Shown: positions 1-13,100 of the stretch, piece after piece
How positions within the stretch are numbered: the first letter of the stretch is position 1
Layout of the letters: every line of letters starts with the position of its first letter
DNA from: Saccostrea cucullata
Taxonomy: Eukaryota
Direction: 5' to 3'
NCBI RefSeq assembly: GCF_032062105.1
Contig: NW_026937553.1
Coordinates: forward strand, 1 to 64,000
Length of the DNA: 64,000 nucleotides
Notes under the pieces: generated by a model
Databases searched by the model: none
Told to the model about the DNA's origin: nothing
Seen by the model: the letters and a program-made list of their open reading frames with translations, nothing else
Made by a program: the position numbers and the translations under genes

Positions 1-3000
1 ATCTGCCCTGAGACCTTTAATGCCTGCACCAAGGGCATCAGTGACCAGTGCTCCCTTATTTAAGGTGGTATAGAAGTGGTAGTAGAACTTCTCCATAGCA
101 ATGTTTGGCAGAGACCACATGCTTACTAATACACACTGAGCACCTAGGAACAAAACAAAGAAAGCATAAATTAATCAAAGTCTTGTATTCAAATACATGT
201 GGATTATACAATTCCAAATTCATCTTTTGACAGAAAAGTTCATTATATACATGAAGATGGATTGCTTTTTACATTGAACAAAAGCAATTTCCTTCAGAGC
301 CCCGACTTTTTTGAAGAAGCTTCCACTTACCAGCATTGAGGAAGGCTGATGGCAAAGTAAAGCCAGGAGGAAGACACTCTTTGTATCTGTTAGGACCATA
401 TCCAATATTGAGGACCACAATCTTGGCCCTCAGTTTTAGCTGTATGATGTCCTCCAGTGAGAGAATAAAGGAGGACTGCTGAGGAGGACCCTCATGTAAC
501 TTCACCTCCCCAGGAGTGAAAACAATGAATCCCTCCTTCCAACAACCATAGGATGCTGTGGAAAATACAGAAGTTGCTCATATTCATTATGTGTCATTTG
601 TAATGCCTTTATCTGTATATTGCAATTAATTCACAGGTTATTTCTCTGTGCTCACCTTCAATATCAATGTTCTACCATCAAACACAAAATTACTTCAGCA
701 ATTATTTACCTATATGAATGACTGTAGCATTTTCTATGCTTGATATGAAATTCTCCTTGGTTGCATCTGGTCCTGTGATAGGATGAACATTGAGATAGGA
801 AGCTACAGCACTCAGTTCCCTTTTAGCTGCTGGTAGATATACATTGGCTGGCTTCCATTCACAGTCATAAACAAGAAGTCTGAAAGAAATTGGCAGTGCC
901 ATTTTTCAATGTTTAAAAAATATTTCAAAATGCAAAAGAGATAACATATACATCAATTTTCAGACATAAATTTAAGATAATTCATTTTTAGGATAATCAA
1001 TGACTTACTTTTCAGGGAGTTTTGGATTTCCAAAGACCACACATTTATCTGTATCACAAATCTGCTGGTATGATGTAATACACATGGTAGAGGAAGTGAT
1101 GTCAGTTCCTGTTGAAGTCCTATTGGTCAAAATTGTGTATGTATGAGCATTCAGCATTTTTTCCATGGGCAGTGGGCTACCAATTTGGGACTGATATTTA
1201 TTGGCAGTGTTATGAGTTACAATGCCCGGTAAAGGCTTTCTTGGAGAAAACACACCTCTGAGAGATTCTTGAGAAGAAGGGAGTGTACCTTTTAAGTTCA
1301 TTTCTCCTTTATTGCTTCCTGCTGAAGCAGGCATGCCCAACATTGTAGTCAGAAGTCTAGGGTTAGCTGTTTTCCGTAAGTCATATGAATCATGTGTGTC
1401 TTCTTTTTCCACGTCGGGACTGATTGCATTGGTCATTACCATCTGCGCCAGAACTCTGTTCATCCCCCCATTTCTAGTTTGGCTTCTTTCAAAGTCAAGG
1501 TCATCTTGGGCTTTCATATAGTTCATTTCATTGTTAATGACTTTTTCCAGAGCAAACAGACTGGGCAATAAAGTCAAATGAAACCTGTCACACAAGTATC
1601 TGGCATTCCAGTCTTGGAGGATGCCAAATGGACAGTCATACAAGTTCTTGTCAGGAATAATTATAAGGTGGCTCTTCTGGGGGAGTTTCATAAGAATGTC
1701 TTCCACAGGGGCTAAAAGGAGATTAAACAGAATTTTGTTTGGGCTTCCCTCTTCTGACAAGTCTTTGTTTGTTGTGTCTTGTTTCACATCTTTTCCGAGG
1801 GCTAAGTTCTTTCTCCTTGTGTACTGTAGTTGAGCATTTCTAATTGGCAAGCAGCGGTCTTCACAAGAATTCTGCATGGTTTTCCAGTCGGGTGTGTTTT
1901 TAAGACCATCCAAGCAAATCTGGATCTAAAATGGGATGGAAAACAGTAACCAACTAGACATCTCTGCTTTTATAACATGACATGTGTGGGCATATGTTAT
2001 ATTAGTGGGGGTGAAAGTCAAAGGAATCTCAGATTATAGATTAAAGGGTGGTCATGAAAAAGTGCTTTAATATTAAAAATCAATCACTGAATTTAAGTTC
2101 AAATAAAATTTTGACCTTTTAACTTTTAGCTTGATAATTTATCCAGTCATAATTAATAAAGTTAAGTCAATTACCCTATCTTGCATATCTTCCACATCAG
2201 CTGACTTCCCAGAGTAGAACCGCACCAAACCACTTCCCGGTACAAACACCCAACTCAGAACTCGGTGGCTGAGAACCGAATAGTAAACCACAGCGGCATT
2301 CTGTTCATTGACCAATCGGGACATACGATCCACTGCCCAGAAATCGGTCTGTGGCCCAAAGTTTATGTACGACACAGGGTGTCCCTTGATCTGAGTAATA
2401 AAGCGTTTCCTGTATGCTTCAGCATACTGCAAACATTCTTCTTTGTTTCCCATTTTGCATAAGACATTTTGAATACCATCGTAGCATTCTTGGAGCTGGG
2501 AATAATATTCTGATGGGCAGTATGTATCTTCATCTCTGTGTTCCCGAATTTTTGTTTCAAATAAAGGAATAAGTTTTTCGAAATATTTCCTAGCTTCCTC
2601 AATTTCCATCATTTGTTTTGAGTGTCTTTTGATACAGGCTAGGTTGTAGTGACACATGGTTAAAATATCTACATAATCAAAATCCTCTGCCAGATTGGAA
2701 GCTTGTTCATAAAATCCAATGGCATACTGAATCTTTTTCATATCTCTGTAAGCATTGCCAAGTTTACAGAAGGCCATAGATTTAGCTCTGTAGTCTGTTC
2801 TTATGCATGAATTTAACATTTGATTGTAATTTTCAACAGCTTTGTCAAAGTCCTCCTTGACCATGTATGTGTCTGCCATCATTTCATAAGCAATGACTAA
2901 CATTTTGGGATCATTAAATTTTTTGGCCATGGCAATATGCTGTTCATGGTAAGTAATTGATAGTTTCCAATTTCGAATTGCGGCATATACACTTCCTAAA

Positions 3001-5281
3001 CAGCCATATGCCTGAGCCATGCCTTTTTTGTCACCATTCTTTTTGCAGACCCTGAGGTACAAGGAATAATTTTTCAAAGCTTCATTAAAATTTCCCAGAA
3101 TTTCATTCAACATTCCCGTGTTGTGGTATGACTCTGACTGTGCACGTCCTTCAATACCAAACTTCTCCAGTAGTTTCACATATTTTCGAGCATGTTTTTC
3201 AGCATATGCCATGTTTCCAATGGATTTGTAAGCAATACTTAAATTCAAATGAAGTCCACATTGCAACTCTTTTGTCCAAAAATCAGGAAAATTTTCTTCA
3301 GACCCAGCCTCTTCTCTGATCTCTGCCTCCAAATCTAACAATTTCTCATAGTACACAATGGCCTGATGGGTATCTTTAATTTCCAAATATAATGTAGCAA
3401 TGTTAACCAATGATTTTGTCTGGTATATCTGCTCATGGGTAGCCATGGCTGTGCTGAGACATTCTTGGTACAAGTTAATTGCTTGTTCATTCTTCCTTAG
3501 GGCCGAGAAGGAATTTGCCATTGTTAGAAGCACTCTCATTGTTATTCCTTTCTGGTTTGTTTCAAACTTTTGAGCTGCCTCTAGAATCTTGATAGTTAGC
3601 TCATATTTCTTGCTTTGGAATAAACAGACTCCAACCTCACTTAGCTTCTTGTAGGGGTCCATTCCTAAAAAAAATATAACACAGAGTGGTTGTAAACAGG
3701 TGAAAACATCTGCAAAATCAATTGAATCAAACTGGCATTCTATTGTTCATGTTCTAAACACAATACAATTTTCTTCAAATACCAGAATTATAAACAAATG
3801 AATATAACCATCTATAAATCATTCAAATCAATATGAATTAAAATAGTGCATGTTATTCTAAAATATGTACAACATGAATGGAATTATATCAAACTCAGTT
3901 ATATGCAAACTGCTAGTCACAATAAAACATGTACTTATAACCTTATTATTTTTCACATTCAATAAAACCTTTCTGTGTACCTTTGATCTTTCTGAGGACA
4001 TCTGGGGGTATTTCACAGAAGAATGTGGACACAGTAGCTATACTAGTGGTCAGTTCATCAGCACTCTGAGGGTCAAGGTCAAGAGCTGTCAAGAAGGCAT
4101 TCAAGGCTTCTCCAGGTCTGTCCAGTTCATGTAAGGTCATTCCTAAGAACCTGAAAGCCTGCCATACAAAGGTGGGGATTAAAACTAATGTTTAAAATGT
4201 AATATTTTAATTTAACTGAATCAAATTTTGAATATATGTGATTCAAAAGGACTACTATACAGAGTTTACATCAATCGTTCAGTAATAAATTCATATTTTC
4301 AAAAAGAGACATTTTAAGGTATCTTTACATAATCAAGGTTTGAATCAATTCATTATTAAAGCTACGAATGGGTACTAGCAGCTGCAGATATATGTATAGC
4401 TCACCGACAGGTTTTTAAAAAAGCCATGCATCTTATTCCATTTAGTAGTGTTTTCTATTTAGAGATTTTGGCAGAACACAGAATCCGCTAAATCAAGTAC
4501 ATTGCTAAATGTCTTGTATATTATATTTTATATCTAGCACAATTAGAAATCGCTAAATCAGATTTACACTAACTTGATGAAAAATTCATTTCTGCCATAT
4601 ATCGTAGATGCCAAATATAATACATTTACAGCATTATTTACTACAGACTAGTGAGCTATAGGTCTGCAGTTAGGGAATTTAAGATGTTTGCTCAGTACTA
4701 TATATACACTACATTTAATCGTAATTTACCTTTGCACTGTCTGAATCCAGTGAAATCCAGTATTCTGCATCTTTGTGTGCCCTTTTAAAATCTTTCATTT
4801 CAATAAAAGCGAGTATTCTGGCATTTAAAACCTCAACATTTTTATCATCAATTTCTAGAGCTTCATCGTAGTGCTTGATGGCTTCATTAAAGTCTCGAAT
4901 CTGCATTGCTTTGTTTCCCATTTCAGTTAGTGATTTCATCTGAAGGTGAAAAAGATAAAATTATTAAGCATAAGAAAAATTTCAATTTTCATATGATGGG
5001 GCTTTTTTTCATTTCATAATTTATTTAATTATCAAGGACTGTTTTGTGTTTGAATATATATGCAGTAAAATATATTCTAACATGGAAATCAGAAAAAAAT
5101 TAAATTATTACAATATGAAAAAAAGAAAAAATTCACAAGAAAAATTCACAAGTGATCAATAGTTAACCTCATTTATTTCTTCAGCCTCTGAGATAGGCTC
5201 ACTGCTCCCCTCAGCAAGACTCGCCATACTGAAGCTATGGCTCAGTCCCTGGGAGGAAAAATGAGATGGCCTCTCCGTCAT
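1..5281 (-). CDS. TPR-repeat + CHAT-domain protein (TTC28-like), multi-exon, 3' end outside window
   Basis: Phase-consistent GT-AG exons 5281-5168 (MTERPSHF..EEINE), 4939-4730, 4158-3981, 3664-2175, 1925-1009, 879-710, 555-331 and 143-<1. Many TPR helices (AYGCLGSVY, AFCKLGNAY). CHAT hallmarks: LFNLLLAPVE, LIIIPDKNLYDCPF, LPAAKREL, ATKENF, AFLNAGAQCVLVSMWSL. Confidence 0.88.
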
Positions 5282-5470
5282 TTTTCTAGAATTCCTTTAG
5301 ATGGTGTCAACTTTTGTTTACATTTTTGCTGAAACTTGTCTTTACAATCTGTATAATTAAAATAAAAGAATATGTCAAATCTTGCTTCTAAAATAAGGCG
5401 GTTCAAAAATCTGAAGTCAAGAAATTAGGCTATATATGTTGATCTTCATATAGGCCTATTTAAGTTCTTG

Positions 5471-5768
5471 AGCCTGTGTGGCGCAATGGTTTGAGTGTCT
5501 GCTCTAGAGCCGCAAAGTAAGGAGTTGATCCTTACATCGCAGGTTTGAATCCCACTGTGGGACGTGGAGACCGGTCCTTCAGATGAGAGCGCATAAACCG
5601 AGGTCCCAGGACACAGCAGGTGCTGGCATGAGAAAGATCCCTACCTGCTCAATGGCCCTGAGTGCCAAGTAAGGACAAAATTTGAAGATCTCCACCGGCA
5701 AGTGGTAGTGTCTCCATATGAGTGAAAAATTCTCGAGAGGGTCGTTAAACAACATACAATCAATCAAC
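5471..5768 (+). mobile_element. tRNA-derived SINE with V-domain-like core
   Basis: A box (tggcgcaatgg) and B box (ggtttgaatccc), core gatgagagcgcataaaccgaggtccc...aaagatccct, and a (caat)n tail. A second copy lies inverted at about 34497-34640. Confidence 0.85.
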
Positions 5769-6074
5769 ATGATCAATGATTCCATCCTTAATTAATGCAG
5801 ATGCAAATTTGTGTATCCACTTAGTTTTATTTTATTAGATCGACATATAATTGTGGCGAAGGATATCGGAAGATTATGTCATTTGACATTTTGAAGAAAG
5901 GGTTTTATTGTCAATATGAATGCGAAACAGCTAAGTGGGAAAGGTAGGTTTCACGAGTGCCCCCCCCCCCTTTCCTAATCGACTAGTGAGTAGTCTACTT
6001 CATGCAGAATTGGTAGAAATTGATAGGTTCATGCCTATATCTGATATATGAATTTAATTTATATGAAAACATTG

Positions 6075-6515
6075 ATGCATTACCAACTATTGAAGCAATA
6101 CGTACGATACAAAACTTATCATCCAACAGCCAAAGTGCGCGAAGGCAAAACCGGATGAAGTGGTAACTAATCACAACAAAGATTTGCTAACTCGCGCTAC
6201 AGTCTATTTATGATTTTAAAATCAATTTTTTTCAAAACAATATCAAAGTATACACATCATGTTTTATTTCAGGTTAACATATGATTAATATTTTACCATA
6301 GAAATTCATTTTAATCATCAAATAAACCGCATTTTGATGATAGCACAAAGCATGTTAACATGGAGTGTTTTTGGTTTGAATTACCAAGCACCTGTTAGCC
6401 GAAAGGTAAAATCTGACGTTTTCACGGTTTGGACTTTTTTCCTTAACGTACAGGAGAACAAAACAGTTCAAGGATACTGTCTCTCTTCCGAATAACAAAT
6501 ATATTAAGTAGGTTT
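6075..6515. promoter_or_regulatory. Probable bidirectional promoter / non-coding first exons between the TPR-CHAT and torsin genes
   Basis: The two genes diverge and both first coding exons are preceded by acceptors. There is a candidate donor on - near 6080 and on + near 6508, plus CpG-containing ETS-like (ccggatg), ctcgcgct and tgacgt motifs. Confidence 0.4.
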
Positions 6516-8609
6516 ATAGTTCTTATAATAAAAATACTCTTTTGATGAACTTTTTCATAAACACAACAACATAAAAAGTGCATAGACAACATTTTAATAG
6601 ACAATAAATACTAGAATATTGGCAAGAGATTAGTAAACACTACTGTCGAAAAATTACACGAAAAGTGCTGCATCAAAATCTCTCATAGCTCTGAAGATTA
6701 ATTGTATTATATTTATTTATTAGTGAACGTATTCTCTTCACAATTTAAGTGATATTTACAACTCATTACCAGTACCTGGTACAGTATAACCATATTTTAA
6801 TCAACATGTAGCTATGGAACATGATTTTTAAAAGCACTTCTCAGATTAAAAAACAATGCTTTATATTTAAGAGCCTTCAAAACCATTTCCAAAACAATTT
6901 CATTTTTTAAAATCGGTTGAAAAATAAAGAAGTTATGATAATTTTGGTTTTTATGTTTTCACATGACTTAAAACATAAATTGTTGCCATTTTTAAAAAAA
7001 ATCAAAGGGACAAAATCTATTAAGCTGCTGTTCTTAATTTAATGCAAAGTTCTTTACAATTACTACATAAACAAAAAAATATGTATTTGAATTGTTTCCT
7101 AGTGTATATTATATATTTATAACATGAAAATCAAATATTGTACGGTTGCCAGAACTTTTAAGTTTGAAATGTAGTAACCGTTTTCATCATTCTAAATAGA
7201 AACTTAAAACATATCATGATCAGATAGTTTGTAATTACATGATTTATTTGTATTCATGTTCAAGAAGATAAACATGATAAATGACTGAATTCTAAGTCCA
7301 ATAATTTCTCATTAACCTACTTTAAATATACACTACATATGTTGTTCCTCTGATAGTCTGTTATGTGCAAAGTTCTCCTTGATTAATTGCACTGTATTTT
7401 CTAAATTAAATTTGAATTATTGTTGATATATTTTTATGAAGTAAATCCAATTGATCTGTACTAGTGTAGTTTGATATGGATAAGCTTGGCTTGAAAAGGG
7501 GGGGATGTAACGATCTTCATGTGTACATGGAATTACTGTATTAAGTAACTTATCATTTCTTGAGTGTGTATATGTGTATTTAGAAGACCATCTGTAATTT
7601 TCAATGAAATTCAATATAAAAAGTGAAAAGCCAACACTGTTATATGCTGAATACCCCCCCCCCCCTTCTGGTATGATCATCACCACTGTACGTCACCTAA
7701 CACAGTCAAAAAAACTAAATTGTTGAAAGCAAGATATTCACATGGTGTGTCATTTTGCACCCTATTTAATAGGATCCTGACACACCTTATCAGGCTAAAA
7801 TAGTCCATGTCATAAAACATGATTTGGTGTTGAATACAAGGATTTAAAATAATTTTTAAGTAAAATTCTCATAGAAATTACTTTACTGTTTCATAAAAAT
7901 CGGGTCTTTTGGGTGTATATTCTGAAATTCATTTTTTTCTCGAGAAAGAAATATTTCGATCATTATTATTTTTTTCTCATGAAAATGATGCAATTAATTG
8001 ATTTTCATCGATATACACTAGCAGTAATACTTCAAGAAGGTTTCTGAAAAAAATTTAAGACTGTATATGTCATCGTCTCACTGTATCAGCCCGTAATACA
8101 CTACCACCCTTTTGTTTTATTTTTTACACCATTTTTTGACAACAAAATTTTGTCAAATTTTGGAGTTATTGCCCTTTGCTTTTCCATTGCTACAACATGA
8201 TCAATATTCCTTGAACTTCTAGTGGTTCAGTATTCTTTAAATAGTGTTTCCTTTATATCTCTGATCAAATTTACCGAGCATTAAAGCAAATTCATTATTT
8301 ACACATCCATTATTTACGAAAAGTTTTAGTGATTCTTAATTGTTGAAATTCAATTATTGATTGATGTATTGTGTAACAATGTTTGAACTTCTTCATACTT
8401 CGTAGAGTTATAGATTAGCAAAGACAAAAATTCAGCATCTGTTCATAACACACCATCTAGAGTTCATAGAAAAAAAGGTCAACTGAAAAATATCTACCTA
8501 ATCCCGGCTTATTATTCTGACTTTCCAGAATGCACGGGGATTCGGTTAAATTATGATGTCTCTGTGACTAAAATGATTCTTGTGCATCAGTAAATTTTAT
8601 TTTTATAGA

Positions 8610-9920
8610 ATGGAAGAGGAGGAACCTATGGATATTTCTGGGGAAGAGAGAGACTACTTCAGTGCAAAAACTTTGCCAAGCAGATTTACTGAAAGTTTAG
8701 AGAATTGGAATTTGAATGCCACTGTATGTTCTTCTTCCCCAACCAGAAGTGAGACCAGACATATTGGAAGATCAATATCTATTGATGTAATAAGAAACAG
8801 AAAAGACAAAACTGTGTTTACTGGATTTCAGAGAACAATTAGTGAAGACCTAAGTGGTAATAATTCTATTAGAAGTTTAACGTCTAAGAAACGGCACAGC
8901 TTGAGTGGACCATTACCGAAAAAACCCAGACTCCTTGGCCCTGGGCATCCAGATTATAAACCAGAAACAGGAAAACAAAAGGAAAAGCCTTCATTATTCA
9001 GAAACACTAAAGGAAAATTCATCCTCTGGGCTATTTTGATAGGACTTTGTTTTGCTGGAAAACTTTATCTATCGCAAACTGTGTGTGAATTGTTTGTGGA
9101 CATTCCAAATCTCGAAAGAAATTTTGACAGTTTTCTGTTTGGGCAGCACATAGCAAGGAATGTTTCTATATCCACATTCTCACAATACTGGGAGCAGTCC
9201 TTAAAAACAAATCATTCTCATTTGAAACCTATTATTTTCTCTTTCCATGGATGGACAGGAGTAGGGAAAAATTTTGTGACAAAAATAATTTTGAATTCAT
9301 TACACACTCGTCATACAAAAATGTTCTTAGTTCCTATGCATTTTCCTTCATCCACCATTCCGTCTTACGCAAAAGACATTATAAAGTCAGTAAGAAAACA
9401 TATCAGGGATTGTCGATTCAATGTCTTCATTTTTGACGAAATGGATAAAGCTCCTCCTTCTTTGATTAAAGGACTAAAATCAGTATTGATTTCACTGAAA
9501 AAGAAGGAGTTTGACAGGCAATGGATAGTTTTCATTTTCCTCAGCAACTCAAAAGGAACAGAAATTAACAACTTCCTTTTCACTGAAATAGCAGCAGGAA
9601 GAAAAAGAGATGATTTGACCTACGAAGAAATTGTTTCTCTTTTGCATCGAAATTCAGAAAAAGAGTGGTATCACGAACTACACAAAGAAAATCTCATTGA
9701 TATTTATGTGCCATTTTTACCGCTGAACAAAACTCATGTTGAGCAATGCATCAAGCAAGATCTACGCCAGAAAAAGAGAGTGCCATCAAACGACTTAGTG
9801 CAGAAAATTGTCAAAGAGATGAGTTTTTTCCATCCAGCTGGCAGCCGTGTGGAGTACTCACTTACTGGGTGTAAAAGGGTTCATGATAAAGTTGATTTAC
9901 ATATAACATCAGTTGACTGA
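8610..9920 (+). CDS. Torsin-family AAA+ ATPase with N-terminal extension and transmembrane anchor (torsin-4A-like topology)
   Basis: ATG at 8610 follows an acceptor (ttttatag). Motifs: LFGQHIA, torsin-type Walker A GWTGVGKN, Walker B FIFDEMDK, FLSN, PFLPL and C-terminal GCKRV. TM segment FILWAILIGLCFAG. Confidence 0.92.
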   Translation: MEEEEPMDISGEERDYFSAKTLPSRFTESLENWNLNATVCSSSPTRSETRHIGRSISIDVIRNRKDKTVFTGFQRTISEDLSGNNSIRSLTSKKRHSLSGPLPKKPRLLGPGHPDYKPETGKQKEKPSLFRNTKGKFILWAILIGLCFAGKLYLSQTVCELFVDIPNLERNFDSFLFGQHIARNVSISTFSQYWEQSLKTNHSHLKPIIFSFHGWTGVGKNFVTKIILNSLHTRHTKMFLVPMHFPSSTIPSYAKDIIKSVRKHIRDCRFNVFIFDEMDKAPPSLIKGLKSVLISLKKKEFDRQWIVFIFLSNSKGTEINNFLFTEIAAGRKRDDLTYEEIVSLLHRNSEKEWYHELHKENLIDIYVPFLPLNKTHVEQCIKQDLRQKKRVPSNDLVQKIVKEMSFFHPAGSRVEYSLTGCKRVHDKVDLHITSVD

Positions 9921-10158
9921 CCAATTTCATTATTTTTCATTTTATTAAAATCTTAAAAAAGAAAGAAAAAAAGCAAGAGGTGAATTTGGAAATTTATTTT
10001 TTGTACATATAAAGATGGTTTTATCATATTTATAAAATGAATATCATGTACACATTACACAACATTTTTGAGTTTCTAGTGAATGAATAAAGATAATTGA
10101 AAATCTTCATATTAAAGATTTTTTTTTACGAAAAATTCAATTTTTAATTAAACAGCCT

Positions 10159-13100
10159 TTAATAATCATTTAAGAGGAAGGCCAAGTCTCTCCTTAAGGC
10201 TTCGATTTCTTTGCTCTGAAAAAATAGAATGGAAAATGGTCTCTTTTTTAATTTTCAATATTCTTGTACCTGTACTTGGTGTATATTGCAATTTAAAAGT
10301 TACAGGTTAAAGTACAAGTAGTTAAAAGTTCTATTCTGGTTGGAAAGGGAATCAATTTTACCTGTTTAGATACTTCCAACTCAAGAGATGCTAATCTGTT
10401 CTTTGTGGATTCTTCAGAATTCTAAAATAATGAAACCAATGGTAGAAAACTATTATTGTCTAAAAAGTAAAATTCATTGATCAAATTTTTTTTTTAAGTT
10501 CACATCTGACATTTTTATTCCATCACTCTCAATCCAATAGGAAACTAACCTCATTTCTTTTAACTTTCTTTTGTATAAGCCTGAAAAAGAATGTTGATAA
10601 CTTTTAAGAACATATTTTGGCAATTATTTTGATTAACTTGGAATTTTGTCTTAATAGATAAGTAACAGAAACATATTGAACTTCTTTGTTTCAATGAAGA
10701 CTTCTTTGTTTCAATATGTGAAGAACTGAATAAGCGAAAAATATATTTCAAAAATTTAACAAAATAAAAGATTTTGTACTATGTGCAGTGAGCTCACATA
10801 ATGGTAACCCCCCCCCCCTTGGTCCCAAATGAGTATCATGGAAAAGTTCAATTTTTGCTTTGGGAATATTCAAATATCTATCCAATCAAAATTTAAAGAA
10901 GGTGCACAATTGCGGTATATAGATATGATTCTGTGATAGCCTCCTTAAAATTTATTCAGTGGTACATATCAGTAGCTTATAAATGGAAAATCTCCAATAC
11001 TTTAGGAAGAATGGCGATGTCCATGTTTGTTATATATACAAATATAAAAAAAAAGGTGCACTATGTAATAACATTTGGCGGGAGTTTCCCTAAATTGCAT
11101 ATAGTGATATGAGGTACACATCTCTTACCGTGACTCCTCCTATACCACTGAATATAGTCTAATGAAACCCTCTCAGAATCTTCATTACATAGTCCCAGTA
11201 TGCACCACTGATATTACGTGTTGATAATTAAAGATACACGGAGAAGGGGGGATCCATAGCAAAATATAGACTTTGATATTCTTTTATAATTAAAAGATAA
11301 CCATCTCTTATTCACAACTCCTCTTATACCATACGAATTGAATTTACCGAGACTTTCAAAGAATCTTTATTACAAAGTGACATTGTGCGCCTCCTTTGCT
11401 ACATATGCTCTGATGGATAGTTATATATTTGGGATATTCTGTGGGGAAAAAAGGAACTTGACATTTTATACTCATGCTTGAGCAGGGGTATCAGTGTGGG
11501 CTCAGTGTTCATGGTACCTCTTAAGTTTATTTTAAATATTTTCTTAACATTACTCAAGGCATCTAGAATAAAATCGGTGAACCGATTAAAATTAACATAA
11601 ATATGGTCATGATTAGTACTATAAGATATTAATGTATTTTGTTTTATGTTTATTAACTATTTTTTTGGATTATATACAGTGTATTCATTATGCATTAGGA
11701 AAGAAGAAAACGGATATACAATAAAACACGAAATCATTTGTACAGGGAAATCATATTTAAATTCTCCCTACTCAACATCCATCCTTCAACTTCGCTGCCT
11801 CTTACAAATCTTACCGTTTTCGGTACATTTCTTTGACCTTTCTTTCAAATTGATGTAGCTTCTTTTTGAACCCAGCTTGTTTTCGATATTTGTCATACGG
11901 ATCACCAGATGTCAAATATACTTTAAAAATAAAAAAAAAAAATAATGCTTTAAAATTTATGCAAATTCATGCACTTTTATGAAAGATTTAAATAAAACTA
12001 AGATGTCTTGTATATGTACCGTTCATTATAAATTCTTAAAATATTCTTACCTTAACTTTTTTTCAAAGTTCAAAAGTCTTAAAATTAACGGAAAATTGTT
12101 TCTTTTTTTAAAAGCAAATATTTAAATTACCAGTTTTGATAAGTAGAAGACCCTTCACGAAATCTCCATTTTTGGAGTTTACACTGTCACCAATATCATC
12201 TGATTTTCTACATTTACACTTCAGTATCCATCCAATACAGTACACAATAGTGTGGGGTATGATCAACACAAGGAATGGGGGAGGGAGGAGGGGTTTAGAC
12301 TCGTATTCAGTTATGAGTTCATTGTAATTGTAGATCCAATGCATGTAACTAACATCCTGGACTTTTCTATATGTGTCACTGTAAGTAAAAGATAAAAATT
12401 ATTTTAAATACATTATTTTATTGCGCAGGGATTTGATTTGGATCACTGGATTCGTTGATACAATTACCTAGTGTGACTGACTTTGGACTACTTATAAAAT
12501 GGTTGCTTTTTTCCTAACTAATTATGAGCAATAATATATATTTTATTGAGAATTACAAAATATAGAGCATTTTTCTAAAATGGATATTATAGAAAATTTA
12601 ACAACTATATTTTGTATAATTATTCATTAACCCATAAATACAAAAGTGAAAATTTATAATATCCATCTAAATTTTACAAATTAATGCATATCAGAGTAAA
12701 TAGATCGGCAAATTTTACGGTATCTGCGGGGTGACTTACTTGAACATGGCAATAAGAACGTTGAGTAACAGCACTACACTGAGGAGAGCAAAGAATCCCC
12801 GTATGTAAGGCACTACGGCCACGCCTAGAGCAGAGGGACAGGGGGATGTCGAGCTTTCACACTGAGATCCGTCAACTTAAAAAAAACAGTGAGTATTTGA
12901 AATGAATTTAAACAAATTTCGGAGAAAAAAAACAGTCAGTTGCAAGCACAGGATATGTGGATAAAAATCAAGCTGTCAACTTAAGTATTTGATAAGCACC
13001 TAAACTTGTTGAAATAAATAATTTGAAGAAGAACTCATATATTTCCTGAAAGTGCTTGAGTGTATTATTCAAGCTGGCATTGAAAGGACATGGCGCATTA

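Noticed and set aside
5471-5562. tRNA gene
   Set aside because: It has A/B boxes but continues into a SINE core and tail, and a second copy of the 3' part is in the window.
8580-8609. ORF-track start MCISKFYFYR for torsin
   Set aside because: It begins at a non-ATG codon inside the intron's pyrimidine tract. The ATG at 8610 after the acceptor is the better start.
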